This document shows positions 8,926-18,301 of a stretch of DNA of 53,838 nucleotides, piece after piece. Each line of letters begins with the position of its first letter. Position 1 is the stretch's first letter. Below the pieces are notes generated by a model that saw only the letters and a program-made list of their open reading frames with translations, made no database searches and had not been told where the DNA came from. A program made the position numbers and the translations under genes. This stretch comes from a virus (Duplodnaviria; Caudoviricetes): positions 1 to 53,838 of the IMG/VR virus record IMGVR_UViG_3300025425_000025, one strand, 5' to 3'.

Positions 8926-9734
8926 GTAGACTAACATTTAATATAGCTGATCTTCATGGTCGATCTGATATTCTTAACATGGCACTTAAAACGATCCGTA
9001 ACTACATGGCAGATAAATACATGGCAGATAAGGATAAGTTTAATATTCCTAACATAGTATTCACAGGAAACTATATAGATCGGGGTCCTGATAGTAAGGG
9101 AGTTATTGATCGGCTTATTAAACTTACTAAAACTAAAACAGCCTATGGATTGAAATACAATAGTGTAGTTACTCTTAAGGGTAATCATGAATCCTTTATG
9201 CTAGATGCTTACCTAGGTATTGGCATAGACTTTTGGGTTATGTATAATGGTGGGGCTCAAACCTATAAATCATATGGTCTTGCTCCATTTACTGCTAATT
9301 ATCAATTCCCTGAAGAACATATCAGGTTTGTTCTAGGTCTACCTTTGTATCGTGACGATGGTAAGCGTCTATATGTTCATGCAGGAGTAGATAACGGTAA
9401 ATCTCTTGAAGATCAGGAAGAATCTAGACTTAGATGGAAGATGTATAATAGTCACCCGTCTAGACTATCACAAAGAGAAGATGGTCTAGAGGATAGTGAT
9501 ATGTACAATATCTATGGCGAAACTCATGATATGGATATTGGAGTTAGACATGTAGTTCATGGTCATCATCAGTTTGAAGACGGGCCAATGCTATTCACAA
9601 ATAGGTCTAATTTCGATACATTAGCTTGGTATACTGGTAGACTAGTTATCGGAGTATTCGATAGTGATACAAAGGGTGGTCCAATTGATACCATTGAAGT
9701 TAACGGTTCACACTACAACAGAAGATATCGTTAA
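8922..9734 (+). CDS. metallophosphoesterase (lambda NinI/PphA-like Ser/Thr phosphatase family)
   Basis: DLHG, GNYIDRGPDS, GNHE, HAG, HGH motifs. Confidence 0.85.
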   Translation: MSRLTFNIADLHGRSDILNMALKTIRNYMADKYMADKDKFNIPNIVFTGNYIDRGPDSKGVIDRLIKLTKTKTAYGLKYNSVVTLKGNHESFMLDAYLGIGIDFWVMYNGGAQTYKSYGLAPFTANYQFPEEHIRFVLGLPLYRDDGKRLYVHAGVDNGKSLEDQEESRLRWKMYNSHPSRLSQREDGLEDSDMYNIYGETHDMDIGVRHVVHGHHQFEDGPMLFTNRSNFDTLAWYTGRLVIGVFDSDTKGGPIDTIEVNGSHYNRRYR

Positions 9735-9952
9735 TGCGTGAGGAAAGGGAATAAAAATAATGGCGAAGAATAGAGAACTGATTTCTTTACGTGAACGTGT
9801 TCGGGGGCTTAATAAGCGGAATAAGCAGCTTGTTAGTGGCCTTAACAGCGCACATGAGGGACTACATTACTGGAAAGATAGGGCTTTGTTCCTAGAGGAT
9901 AGTCTTAAGTACAGCCTTAAAACAACAGATGATATCTTTAATGCGTGAGGAA
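9724..9952. repeat. 22-bp direct repeat pair (1 mismatch) flanking a 62-aa gene
   Basis: GATATC[G/T]TTAATGCGTGAGGAA at 9724-9745 and 9931-9952. Confidence 0.8.
9760..9948 (+). CDS. small coiled-coil hypothetical protein
   Basis: AAGGGA RBS; 62 aa. Confidence 0.55.
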   Translation: MAKNRELISLRERVRGLNKRNKQLVSGLNSAHEGLHYWKDRALFLEDSLKYSLKTTDDIFNA

Positions 9953-10165
9953 TATGTCTTATCATTAGAAGATTATACCTTCTTAGTTGAATATGCTAAT
10001 AGACTAGACAAATTTGATAGATTGGATAATATATTCCCTTCAGAAAATATGTCTGGTGTTAAGTTAGCATGGATAGAACTAGGAAAAAAGTACAAGTTCA
10101 ATCCTTGGACAGTAGAAAAATTACCCAACTCATATTATAAATTCACAGCAGAAAGTGTAGCATAA
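9941..10165 (+). CDS. hypothetical protein
   Basis: MREEYV... ORF; TAATG coupling to next gene. Confidence 0.55.
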   Translation: MREEYVLSLEDYTFLVEYANRLDKFDRLDNIFPSENMSGVKLAWIELGKKYKFNPWTVEKLPNSYYKFTAESVA

Positions 10166-10428
10166 TGACAATTACTAAATCACATAATGATCCGTCCCTT
10201 GTTTGGAAACAGTGGACAGGTGGAGAAAATCCAATTAAGCCCGGTGAATATTTTCATCTTAGGTTCCGGGGAGACTCTGATCCTGATCTTAAAGAGTTTA
10301 TGAATATTATGCTACCTCCACCAATGCAAGGCGATTATGAAGAGGCAACCCATCTAGTGTGGAAGCATCACAGTGCTAATTCCATTATGTATGTCGGTGA
10401 TATTGTTGAATACGCGGTATTTAAGTAA
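10165..10428 (+). CDS. hypothetical protein
   Basis: 87-aa ORF with W-x-GGE-x-P...DIV pattern common in phage proteins. Confidence 0.55.
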   Translation: MTITKSHNDPSLVWKQWTGGENPIKPGEYFHLRFRGDSDPDLKEFMNIMLPPPMQGDYEEATHLVWKHHSANSIMYVGDIVEYAVFK

Positions 10429-10439
10429 GGGATAATATA

Positions 10440-11654
10440 ATAGATAAGCAGATTTTAAAGAGCCTGCTATCCTATGACTTTTGGAGCGATCATAAAGCAC
10501 AAGTGGTCGCTCCACTTTTTTCTGAGGAACTTAGAGAACTGTTTGAAGTTATTGTAGCCGCTCATAATAAGTATCACAAAGACGTTTCAACTGATGAGCT
10601 ACTAGCATTATGGAAGGATGAAAATCCTGTTGCAACTCGTGCTGAAGTAGACGCAGTTTCTAATATAGTAGCTGATATAGAGCTACAAGAAGTTATGTCA
10701 GATGATGTAACCTCTGATGTAATTGACGGATTATGGAAAAGAGAGATAGGCCGTAACATTGCTGGTCTAGGTATATCTATATCTGAAGGTCGTACTGAGG
10801 CTTTTGAAAAGCTAAAACGACTATTAGAACAGGTTGATGCTGGTTTTACTCCTGATGATTTCGGAGAGCTAGTATCAAACGACATACTTGCATTGTTAGC
10901 AGTTAGTGATGACGCTAATAGATGGAAGTTTAATATCAGTTCCCTATCAAATAGGGTATATGGTATTGGCCCTGCCGAATTTATGATTGTATTTGCTAGA
11001 CCGGAGACAGGTAAAACTGCTTTCGGTGTTAGTCTTGCTTGCGCTCCCGGTGGGTGGATTGATCAAGGCGCTAAGGTCGTATACCTAGTTAATGAAGAAG
11101 CTGCTATTCGTACAAAGTTACGGGCAGTCTCAGCTTATACAGGTATGAGTAAAGAGCAAATAGTAAAGGCTCCATTACTTGCAAATAGTAAGTTCTCAGA
11201 AATAGCAGATAGATGCATTATCCATGACTCTCATGGTTGGGATACAGTTAAGCTTGAGGCATTCTTAGAGCTACACAAGCCTGATATCGTAGTAATTGAT
11301 CAGCTTGATAAGATTAACATTGATACCAATCAAGAAGGCCATGCCAAGCTTAGAGAGTTGTACATCTGGTTTCGAACTTACCTTTCAAAACATACAATAG
11401 CTGGAATAGGATTATCACAGGCTTCTATTGAGGCGGATAATAAAACTATTCTACTTCCTAATATGATGGAAGGATCAAAGACTGGTAAATACGCAGAAGG
11501 TGATCTGATTATTGGTATTGGTAAGATGCCAGATAATGCTGATGGTACTCCTGAACTACTTAGGTATCTTACAGTTGGTAAGAATAAGTTAAATGGGTAT
11601 CATGGAACAGAGATTTGTAAGATTGAACCGGAGATAAGTAGATATGTCAATTAA
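10440..11654 (+). CDS. DnaB-like (SF4) replicative helicase; probable ATA start
   Basis: Walker A FARPETGKT, VVIDQLD, GLSQAS, GSKTGK..EGD, KNK; frame open from 10425 with AAGGGA RBS 7 nt before ATA 10440. Confidence 0.9.
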   Translation: MDKQILKSLLSYDFWSDHKAQVVAPLFSEELRELFEVIVAAHNKYHKDVSTDELLALWKDENPVATRAEVDAVSNIVADIELQEVMSDDVTSDVIDGLWKREIGRNIAGLGISISEGRTEAFEKLKRLLEQVDAGFTPDDFGELVSNDILALLAVSDDANRWKFNISSLSNRVYGIGPAEFMIVFARPETGKTAFGVSLACAPGGWIDQGAKVVYLVNEEAAIRTKLRAVSAYTGMSKEQIVKAPLLANSKFSEIADRCIIHDSHGWDTVKLEAFLELHKPDIVVIDQLDKINIDTNQEGHAKLRELYIWFRTYLSKHTIAGIGLSQASIEADNKTILLPNMMEGSKTGKYAEGDLIIGIGKMPDNADGTPELLRYLTVGKNKLNGYHGTEICKIEPEISRYVN

Positions 11655-13782
11655 ATACTTAGTACTTGATATTGAAAACTCTGTACAATTCATTGAAGAA
11701 GTAGATGAAGATGGAAAGATCAAGAAGGTAATTGATAACGCCCCATTCAATCCATTAAACAAGTTAGTAGCTGTAGGTTGGGTTACTGTAGTTGACAGTG
11801 TATTAGGAGAATACAACAAGTCATTCTTCAATCATAATGATCTTACAGAGTTTGACACTAAGGAACGACTACAACAAGCTATTGATGACTGTGATGTAAT
11901 TGTAGGTCATAACGTCAAATATGATATAATGTGGCTTATCGAATCGGGGTTTGACCTTGATGGTAAGGATGCATATGACACTATGATTGGGGAATACATT
12001 CTTGCTCGTGGAGTAAGGGCCAAGCTTAGCCTAGAATATGTATCTCAGAATAGAGACGTAACTCATAAGAAAGCTGACCTTGTTAATGGTTATTTCAAGA
12101 GTGGTGTTGGTTTTGAAGAAATCCCGTATCCTATTGTTGACGAGTATCTTGAAGCAGACGTAATGTCAACTGCCGAAATTTTAGTTAAGCAACTTTCTGA
12201 CTGGCTTAGACCAGAGAATTCATCACTTACTACAATTGTAACTCTGATGAATGAAATGCTACTATTCTTAGTAGAGATTGAGCGTAACGGTATTGCGATT
12301 GATACTGAAGAACTAGCACGAATTGAGAAGGACTATATCAGTGAACGTGATTCTCTTGAAACTGATCTGAATATAATTGGTCAAGAGGTATTAGGCGATA
12401 CTCCGTTTAGTCTAACATCACCCGTAGATATTTCAAAGATTGTATATAGTAGGGAAGTTACTAATCCTGAATTACATAAGTCCTCATTTAATCTTGGACT
12501 AGTAAATGGGAAAAAACAGTATCCACCATATCTTACTAATACTGCTTTTGGTGATATTGTTAGACAAACTACAAATATCATTCGTAAGACAAAAGCAGAC
12601 CAATGTACTGTTTGTTATGGTAAGGGATTTATAAGAAAGGCAAAGAAGGATGGTTCCCCGTTTAAGAATGATAGTAAGTGTGCTACATGCGAGGGAAGGG
12701 GGTTTACCCTATCAGATACATCGGCTGTAGCAGGCCTTAAGCTAGTACCGGAGGGGGCACAAGATGCGTCTGTACATGGCTTCAGTGTCTCTAAGGTGCA
12801 GTTTGACCGTCTTACCAGGCAGGCAGAAGTTTCTGGTAAGGATAAGGCCAAAGAATTCCTTGAAAAGAAGAAACGACTAAATGCTGTTAATACTTATCTA
12901 AATTCATTCGTAGAAGGTATTAAAAGGTGGACAAGAGAAGACAATATACTTCACCCTAATTTTAATCAGACTGTTGCTAGAACTGGTAGACTATCTTCAT
13001 CTAGACCTAATTTTCAGAATCAACCTAAAGAACGTAAGTTCCCTATTCGTGGTTGTGTGATTAGTAGGTTTAAAGATGGTGTTATTACTGAATGTGATTT
13101 CAGTGGTCTAGAATTCGTTGTTGCTGGTGAACTGTCTCGTGATCCTCAAATCATTCAAGATATTAATGATGGTAAGGATATTCATAGACAGACAGCTTCT
13201 ATTGTTCATAGAAAGCCTAAAGAGGATATTACTAAAGATGAACGCAATGAGGTTAAACCTTACACATTTGCCCCGCTCTATGGTGGACAGGGTGCATCAG
13301 AGCCCGATCACATTAAGAAGTACTTTAATGAATTCTTCAAAATCTACAAGCGTCATGGGGAATGGCAAGTAGAACAAATGGAAGGGGTTCTAAATGATGG
13401 CTTTATTAGAACTCCATCTGGTAGAGAATATATGTTCCCCGGAACTAAAAGAACTAGAAATGGACGTACTACTAATGCTACTGCTATTGTTAATTATCCG
13501 GTGCAGGGATTTGCTACTGGCGATATTGTTCCTCTAGCTTGTATTAGAGCTTTCGATGAGTTTAAACGTAGGGAGCTAAAATCAGTACTTATTCTAACTG
13601 TACATGATAGTATTGTTGCTGATACTCACCCTGATGAAAAAGATGAGGTTAAAGAAATCCTAGAGTGGGCTACTACTGGTTGCCCGATTGAAATCAAAGA
13701 ACGTTGGAATTACGACATGGTATTACCTCTTAAGTCTGAAACTGCTAGAGGTATTAACTGGATGGAATTGGAGACTGTATAA
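11644..13782 (+). CDS. polA: family A DNA polymerase with 3'-5' exonuclease and DnaJ-like zinc-finger insert
   Basis: Exo motifs LDIE, GHNVKYD, YLEAD; TGRLSS, DFSGLE, KPYTFAPLYG, NYPVQG, VHDS; CTVCYGKG and CATCEGRG. Confidence 0.95.
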   Translation: MSIKYLVLDIENSVQFIEEVDEDGKIKKVIDNAPFNPLNKLVAVGWVTVVDSVLGEYNKSFFNHNDLTEFDTKERLQQAIDDCDVIVGHNVKYDIMWLIESGFDLDGKDAYDTMIGEYILARGVRAKLSLEYVSQNRDVTHKKADLVNGYFKSGVGFEEIPYPIVDEYLEADVMSTAEILVKQLSDWLRPENSSLTTIVTLMNEMLLFLVEIERNGIAIDTEELARIEKDYISERDSLETDLNIIGQEVLGDTPFSLTSPVDISKIVYSREVTNPELHKSSFNLGLVNGKKQYPPYLTNTAFGDIVRQTTNIIRKTKADQCTVCYGKGFIRKAKKDGSPFKNDSKCATCEGRGFTLSDTSAVAGLKLVPEGAQDASVHGFSVSKVQFDRLTRQAEVSGKDKAKEFLEKKKRLNAVNTYLNSFVEGIKRWTREDNILHPNFNQTVARTGRLSSSRPNFQNQPKERKFPIRGCVISRFKDGVITECDFSGLEFVVAGELSRDPQIIQDINDGKDIHRQTASIVHRKPKEDITKDERNEVKPYTFAPLYGGQGASEPDHIKKYFNEFFKIYKRHGEWQVEQMEGVLNDGFIRTPSGREYMFPGTKRTRNGRTTNATAIVNYPVQGFATGDIVPLACIRAFDEFKRRELKSVLILTVHDSIVADTHPDEKDEVKEILEWATTGCPIEIKERWNYDMVLPLKSETARGINWMELETV

Positions 13783-14034
13783 ATGGAAGATATTGATGAA
13801 CTAGAGAAGTATAAAGGTAATCTTATAAGAGAGGTTCATGAGGTAGAGTACAAGAATAACGAGTTGCGTATAGAACTAGAAGATAAGGATGACCATATAC
13901 TAACCCTACAACGCTTCTTGAATTCCTTACTACTTAATATGCCTATTGATATTGTATATAACACTACACACTATTATGATATTGCTAAAGCGATACAAGC
14001 AAGACTGGATAGATTGGAAGGATTAGATAAATGA
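13783..14034 (+). CDS. hypothetical protein
   Basis: GGAG RBS, operonic. Confidence 0.55.
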   Translation: MEDIDELEKYKGNLIREVHEVEYKNNELRIELEDKDDHILTLQRFLNSLLLNMPIDIVYNTTHYYDIAKAIQARLDRLEGLDK

Positions 14035-14237
14035 GAATAGTTGATAATGAAGTGATCATCACTATAAAAGAATATTATGGATTACTAAGAGATTCTGAAA
14101 TCTTATTGAGAGTAGGTGGAGTTGATACTTGGGATTGGGATGGGTACGGGGATTCAATATGGAGTAAGGATTTCAATTATGAATCTATGGATGATTGGGA
14201 ACTTAGAACCAAAAAAGAATTGGGCCTTTCCGACTAG
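14031..14237 (+). CDS. hypothetical protein (GVDxW.GY family)
   Basis: TIKEYYGLLRDS...GGVDTWDWDGY pattern common in small phage proteins. Confidence 0.55.
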   Translation: MRIVDNEVIITIKEYYGLLRDSEILLRVGGVDTWDWDGYGDSIWSKDFNYESMDDWELRTKKELGLSD

Positions 14238-14245
14238 AATTTGGC

Positions 14246-14274
14246 TTGACATGGCCGGAAATACCCGGTATAGT
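14246..14274 (+). promoter_or_regulatory. sigma70-type promoter
   Basis: TTGACA-17-TATAGT upstream of SSB. Confidence 0.75.
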
Positions 14275-14341
14275 ACCTGTTCCCTCATGGGGATTGGAGC
14301 GGTATATAGACACATAATACCAACAAATATAAAAGGACTAA

Positions 14342-15208
14342 ATGACAAAAAATCTCCCAGCACAAATTAATCAAGCAGAACTAGACGCCTTCATTTCCGA
14401 TAACAGACTATCGGCTGAAGACCTATCAGGTGGAGGTGATTTTCTACCTCAACTTAGAATTGAGTATACAGACGAAGTAGAGTTTAACGGCGAGAAACTA
14501 GAAGTTAAGCCCGGACTCTTTACATTATCAGGACAGGAAGTACCGTCCTATGCTAAGAATGTAACCTTCCGCCCACTACTACAAACATACCAGTACATTA
14601 ACTTTGATAGCGTCAAGAAGGTCGTTGTCAATAGATCAGTTCTGTTTAATGACTTCTCAGAAGAAGCACGAGACGAACTAGGTACTCTGCGTTGTGGTAA
14701 GCCAGAGGGTAAGGTTCTTAGAGACAATCCATCACTTAAAAAGAAGTATGAAGATATTAAGCTTTACCGTTCTGTTGACGGACTAGTATCCTATAATGGT
14801 ACTGATCCTAAGGGGAATGAAGTAAAGGTTGAGAATATCCTTTGCACATTTAGAGGCAAGGGGGCTAACTTCATGCCGTTTAGTGAGGAATATACTAAGC
14901 TGATGCCTAAGGGTTCCCTACTATGGGACTTCAATCTGAAGCTTGGTGTTACTCGCCATAAGAATGATCCTAGTAGCGCTGTATACTACTATGTAGCTCG
15001 TTTTGATCCTGACTTCACTAACAAGCTAACTCTTGATATTGATACCTTTGGTCAAGTTAAGGAACTTAAGCGTCGTATTGATGCGACTAATAAGGAAATT
15101 AATAAGAAGTATTACCAAGCTCTTGAGGAACATAGTGTTACCGCACAGGCTGAAAAGGTAATTGAAGGCAATCTTAATGAAGATTTCGATGATGATGAGG
15201 AAGTATAA
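14342..15208 (+). CDS. putative single-stranded DNA-binding protein
   Basis: Position between polymerase and exonuclease; acidic tail EDFDDDEEV. Confidence 0.65.
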   Translation: MTKNLPAQINQAELDAFISDNRLSAEDLSGGGDFLPQLRIEYTDEVEFNGEKLEVKPGLFTLSGQEVPSYAKNVTFRPLLQTYQYINFDSVKKVVVNRSVLFNDFSEEARDELGTLRCGKPEGKVLRDNPSLKKKYEDIKLYRSVDGLVSYNGTDPKGNEVKVENILCTFRGKGANFMPFSEEYTKLMPKGSLLWDFNLKLGVTRHKNDPSSAVYYYVARFDPDFTNKLTLDIDTFGQVKELKRRIDATNKEINKKYYQALEEHSVTAQAEKVIEGNLNEDFDDDEEV

Positions 15209-15213
15209 GAATA

Positions 15214-15429
15214 ATGCATGACTCAACATTTGAATATCTAAAGCCTACAGAAGAACAAATAGAAACTATGGCTACTGTTAGAGCAGCCACTAAGACATTC
15301 TATACTGTTCTTGAGGATAATTTACCATTAGGTCCAGATAGAACATACACACTACGGACACTGCGTACTGTAGGAATGTGGGCTAATGTTTCTATCACAA
15401 GAACAGAAGATGGTACTCCTAGAAAATAA
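15214..15429 (+). CDS. Acb2/Tad1-like helical-hairpin protein (putative nucleotide-signal sponge)
   Basis: FEYLKPTEEQ...LP.GPD...MWANVSITR resembles the Acb2/Tad1-hairpin (DUF7681-like) consensus. Confidence 0.6.
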   Translation: MHDSTFEYLKPTEEQIETMATVRAATKTFYTVLEDNLPLGPDRTYTLRTLRTVGMWANVSITRTEDGTPRK

Positions 15430-16304
15430 TGGCAGACACTGGATTTAATGAAATTCAAACTGCTATTCATATGACTCTTGATCGGCTCTCTAATAATGAG
15501 CCGGTCGAGGTTGATGAAAAGTGGATTGATGAGGCGGCAGAGCAATTTAAAGCCTCTCTTAAACGGCAATTAGTTCCTAGGTCTGAAGAGTTCAGACTAC
15601 GAATGTCTAATCTAGGAAAGCCACTATGTCAGCTTCAAAACGAACAGGAGAAAGCTCCTAAGGGCCGTATGCCATACAACCATATCATGCGAATGATTAT
15701 TGGTGATGCTGTAGAAGCGGCTATGCTTGTTGTGATCAAAGCATCAGATGTTAATTTAACAGATCAAAAATCCCAAGTTAGTATGAAGATTAATTCAACT
15801 CTTGTTAGAGGTGAGGATGATCTACAAATTGATGGTAAGGTATGGGACGTTAAATCTTCAGCACCTTGGGCCTTTGCTAATAAATGGGCGTATGGTTGGA
15901 ATGGTGTATATGAAGGGGATACATTCGGATATGTAGAGCAACTATATGGTTATGCTACTGCCCAAGGAAAAGAAATGGGTGGATGGATAGTTGTTGATAA
16001 GTCTTCTGGCGAAATTAAAGTAGTTGAAGCAAATCCCACAGCATCACAGCTTAATAGCATTAAAGAGAAAGTCAACTTTACTGAAAGAGCATTAGCTACA
16101 AAGATGCCTTTTAAACGAGGGTTTGAAGAACAGCCGGAAACATTTTATAAAAAGCCAACAGGTAATATGTTAGTTCCTAGAACCTGTACGTTTTGTAACT
16201 TCTTGGGACACTGTTGGCCAGATGCTACTCTTAAACCTAAAGCAAGATCAACTGCAAAGGTAGTAAATCCTGTATGGTACAGTCAGTGGACGAAAGAAGA
16301 GTAA
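15429..16304 (+). CDS. PD-(D/E)XK exonuclease (Cas4-like)
   Basis: LRMSNLGKPLC, GEDD, WDVKS, YVEQLYGY, CTFC..CW. Confidence 0.8.
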   Translation: MADTGFNEIQTAIHMTLDRLSNNEPVEVDEKWIDEAAEQFKASLKRQLVPRSEEFRLRMSNLGKPLCQLQNEQEKAPKGRMPYNHIMRMIIGDAVEAAMLVVIKASDVNLTDQKSQVSMKINSTLVRGEDDLQIDGKVWDVKSSAPWAFANKWAYGWNGVYEGDTFGYVEQLYGYATAQGKEMGGWIVVDKSSGEIKVVEANPTASQLNSIKEKVNFTERALATKMPFKRGFEEQPETFYKKPTGNMLVPRTCTFCNFLGHCWPDATLKPKARSTAKVVNPVWYSQWTKEE

Positions 16305-16369
16305 AGGATGATAGAAAGTATTGTGGTAATCACCAACCACCTATCAAACCATATAGTATAAGAGACAAG

Positions 16370-16531
16370 GTGTACATTATATCCCTCTTTAAGTATGGTG
16401 AAGGTGAGCCAGCATTCTTTGAAACAATTATACTGGCTAATACTTCCGATCATGCATTATTCTATTACACAAAGTCAAAAGATAAATTACCTGAACATAA
16501 AGCCATTAGCATAAAGCTACAAGGAGAGTAA
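16370..16531 (+). CDS. small hypothetical protein
   Basis: GTG start after GAG; start uncertain. Confidence 0.4.
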   Translation: MYIISLFKYGEGEPAFFETIILANTSDHALFYYTKSKDKLPEHKAISIKLQGE

Positions 16532-16532
16532 A

Positions 16533-16739
16533 ATGGATGATAAACTAAAGAGTGATTTCTGGAATATTAAGTACTACGGACTTATTGAATCAAAGGTTGT
16601 ATTTGACGAACCTGTAAATCAAGAAACTGCTCTAGATTACTTTTATACTTACAAGCATCAAGATGTAACAGAATCACATGAGATTTGTATTGATGAAGTA
16701 GTCGATATGGAAGCCATCGGTGAGATTGTAATTGACTGA
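16533..16739 (+). CDS. hypothetical protein
   Basis: AAGGAG RBS. Confidence 0.6.
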   Translation: MDDKLKSDFWNIKYYGLIESKVVFDEPVNQETALDYFYTYKHQDVTESHEICIDEVVDMEAIGEIVID

Positions 16740-17001
16740 AATACCTGTACGTCTAAGAGATAAGGGATCATGGCGGCATGTAGATGGTGGATTGAATCTA
16801 ACTAAAAAGAGGTTAGGTGATTTCTTATATTCTCTGTTGTCTCATGGTGTACATATAGGGGGCTGGTATGTATTTGATCGTAGATATAGATTCACACATG
16901 TATCAGCCGCTATATACTTAACAAAAGAAATGGAACAGGAAGTAATGAATGATTGCCCTTGGTTGATCTTAGTTGACCCGCCTGTAATTAGTTTAAATTA
17001 A
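16732..17001 (+). CDS. hypothetical protein
   Basis: TTG start, fills operon gap. Confidence 0.5.
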   Translation: MTEIPVRLRDKGSWRHVDGGLNLTKKRLGDFLYSLLSHGVHIGGWYVFDRRYRFTHVSAAIYLTKEMEQEVMNDCPWLILVDPPVISLN

Positions 17002-17354
17002 TGAAAACACAATCAGCTAAAGCTAAAGGTAGGAAGCTACAACAATGGGTTAGGGATAAGCTATTGTATGAATTTGACTTAGATGAAGGTGAGGTTATTT
17101 CAACGTCTATGGGTGCTGGCGGTATGGATATTCAATTATCACCAAAAGCAAGGACACTAATACCTCTAGCTATTGAATGTAAGGCCCATCATAAGTTTGC
17201 TGTGTATTCTATGTATGAGCAGGCTATTAGTAATAGTAAAAACCTAGAACCTGTTGTAATTATAAAAGGCGATAGGAAAAAACCTTTAGCCCTAGTTGAT
17301 GCTGAATACCTGTTTGCGTTACTACATAAGTCTAATTATAGTGGAATAGCATAA
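17001..17354 (+). CDS. Holliday-junction-resolvase-like PD-(D/E)XK nuclease
   Basis: MKTQSAKAKGRKLQQWVRD...SMGAGGMDI...IECK. Confidence 0.75.
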   Translation: MKTQSAKAKGRKLQQWVRDKLLYEFDLDEGEVISTSMGAGGMDIQLSPKARTLIPLAIECKAHHKFAVYSMYEQAISNSKNLEPVVIIKGDRKKPLALVDAEYLFALLHKSNYSGIA

Positions 17355-17548
17355 TGCCAGTAAGTAATAGACGGCTACGTCATGGATATGACATTAAGAA
17401 GGATTTGAATTATCTTGATGTTAAGATATGGATGCCGACTGATGTTAATAATGCACCGATAATTAAGGCTTTTGCTGTATTCGTAGACTTGATAGTAAGA
17501 GCAAACAAACTGGATAAATATAACCGAAAGAGTAAATATGACACTTAA
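17354..17548 (+). CDS. hypothetical protein
   Basis: TAATG-coupled 64-aa ORF. Confidence 0.5.
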   Translation: MPVSNRRLRHGYDIKKDLNYLDVKIWMPTDVNNAPIIKAFAVFVDLIVRANKLDKYNRKSKYDT

Positions 17549-18071
17549 AGAAGGCGATATATTTTATAATGACGAGGGTAGCCCCCTAAAGGTACTGAAA
17601 GTTTATTTTGATGCTTCATTTTTAGCTTCGTATAATCTAGAAGAAGAATTTAAAGTTGATGAGGAACACAGATATGAAGCATTCAATGATGTAAATCTGT
17701 ATGCACCTAAGACTACCACTCTACAACCTTCATACGTTGGTCAAGATGGTGCTAATGGTATGAAGTATGATAACGGTAAAGTTCTAGCTTCAATTATTAT
17801 TGATGATTTTCCTAGGGCGCTGAATGCTGTAGCACAAATTGCAACATATGGAGCTAATAAGTATGCTAGGTCATCATGGACTACCGTTCCTGATGCTGAA
17901 ACTAGATACCGTGATGCTATGGTACGACACCAATTAGCCTTTAGTACTGAAGGATTGTATTCTATAGATGAGGAAAGTGGACTACTGCATCTTGCTCATT
18001 TCGCATGGAATGCTTTAGCTATACTAGAACTACAGGAGTTAAAGAAGGACAAGAGCCATAGCAACAATTGA
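17538..18071 (+). CDS. dATP/dGTP diphosphohydrolase domain protein (DUF5664-like)
   Basis: GMKYDNGK...YGANKY..W...RY.DAM.RH...DEESGLLHLAHFAWN. Confidence 0.8.
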   Translation: MTLKEGDIFYNDEGSPLKVLKVYFDASFLASYNLEEEFKVDEEHRYEAFNDVNLYAPKTTTLQPSYVGQDGANGMKYDNGKVLASIIIDDFPRALNAVAQIATYGANKYARSSWTTVPDAETRYRDAMVRHQLAFSTEGLYSIDEESGLLHLAHFAWNALAILELQELKKDKSHSNN

Positions 18072-18285
18072 AGATCAGATTGACGAGTTACAACAGGCAC
18101 CAGATAACAGGCTAAGTTCATATGAAGTTAGAGTAAGACGACTATTAGTAGACATATATGAATTACTTGCAGACCTTCAAATCCAGAATAGAGATTTAAG
18201 TAACAGAATTGAGAGCTTGTCAACCGACATAATTAAAGAATTGCCAGTAATTCCTACTGGTAAAAAGACAAAGAAATCTGTATAA
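18058..18285 (+). CDS. coiled-coil hypothetical protein (75 aa), probable ATA start
   Basis: Open frame with no ATG/GTG near start; AAGGA RBS 8 nt before ATA; fills the gap exactly. Confidence 0.5.
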   Translation: MATIEDQIDELQQAPDNRLSSYEVRVRRLLVDIYELLADLQIQNRDLSNRIESLSTDIIKELPVIPTGKKTKKSV

Positions 18286-18301
18286 TAAAGGATTACACTA
18301 A

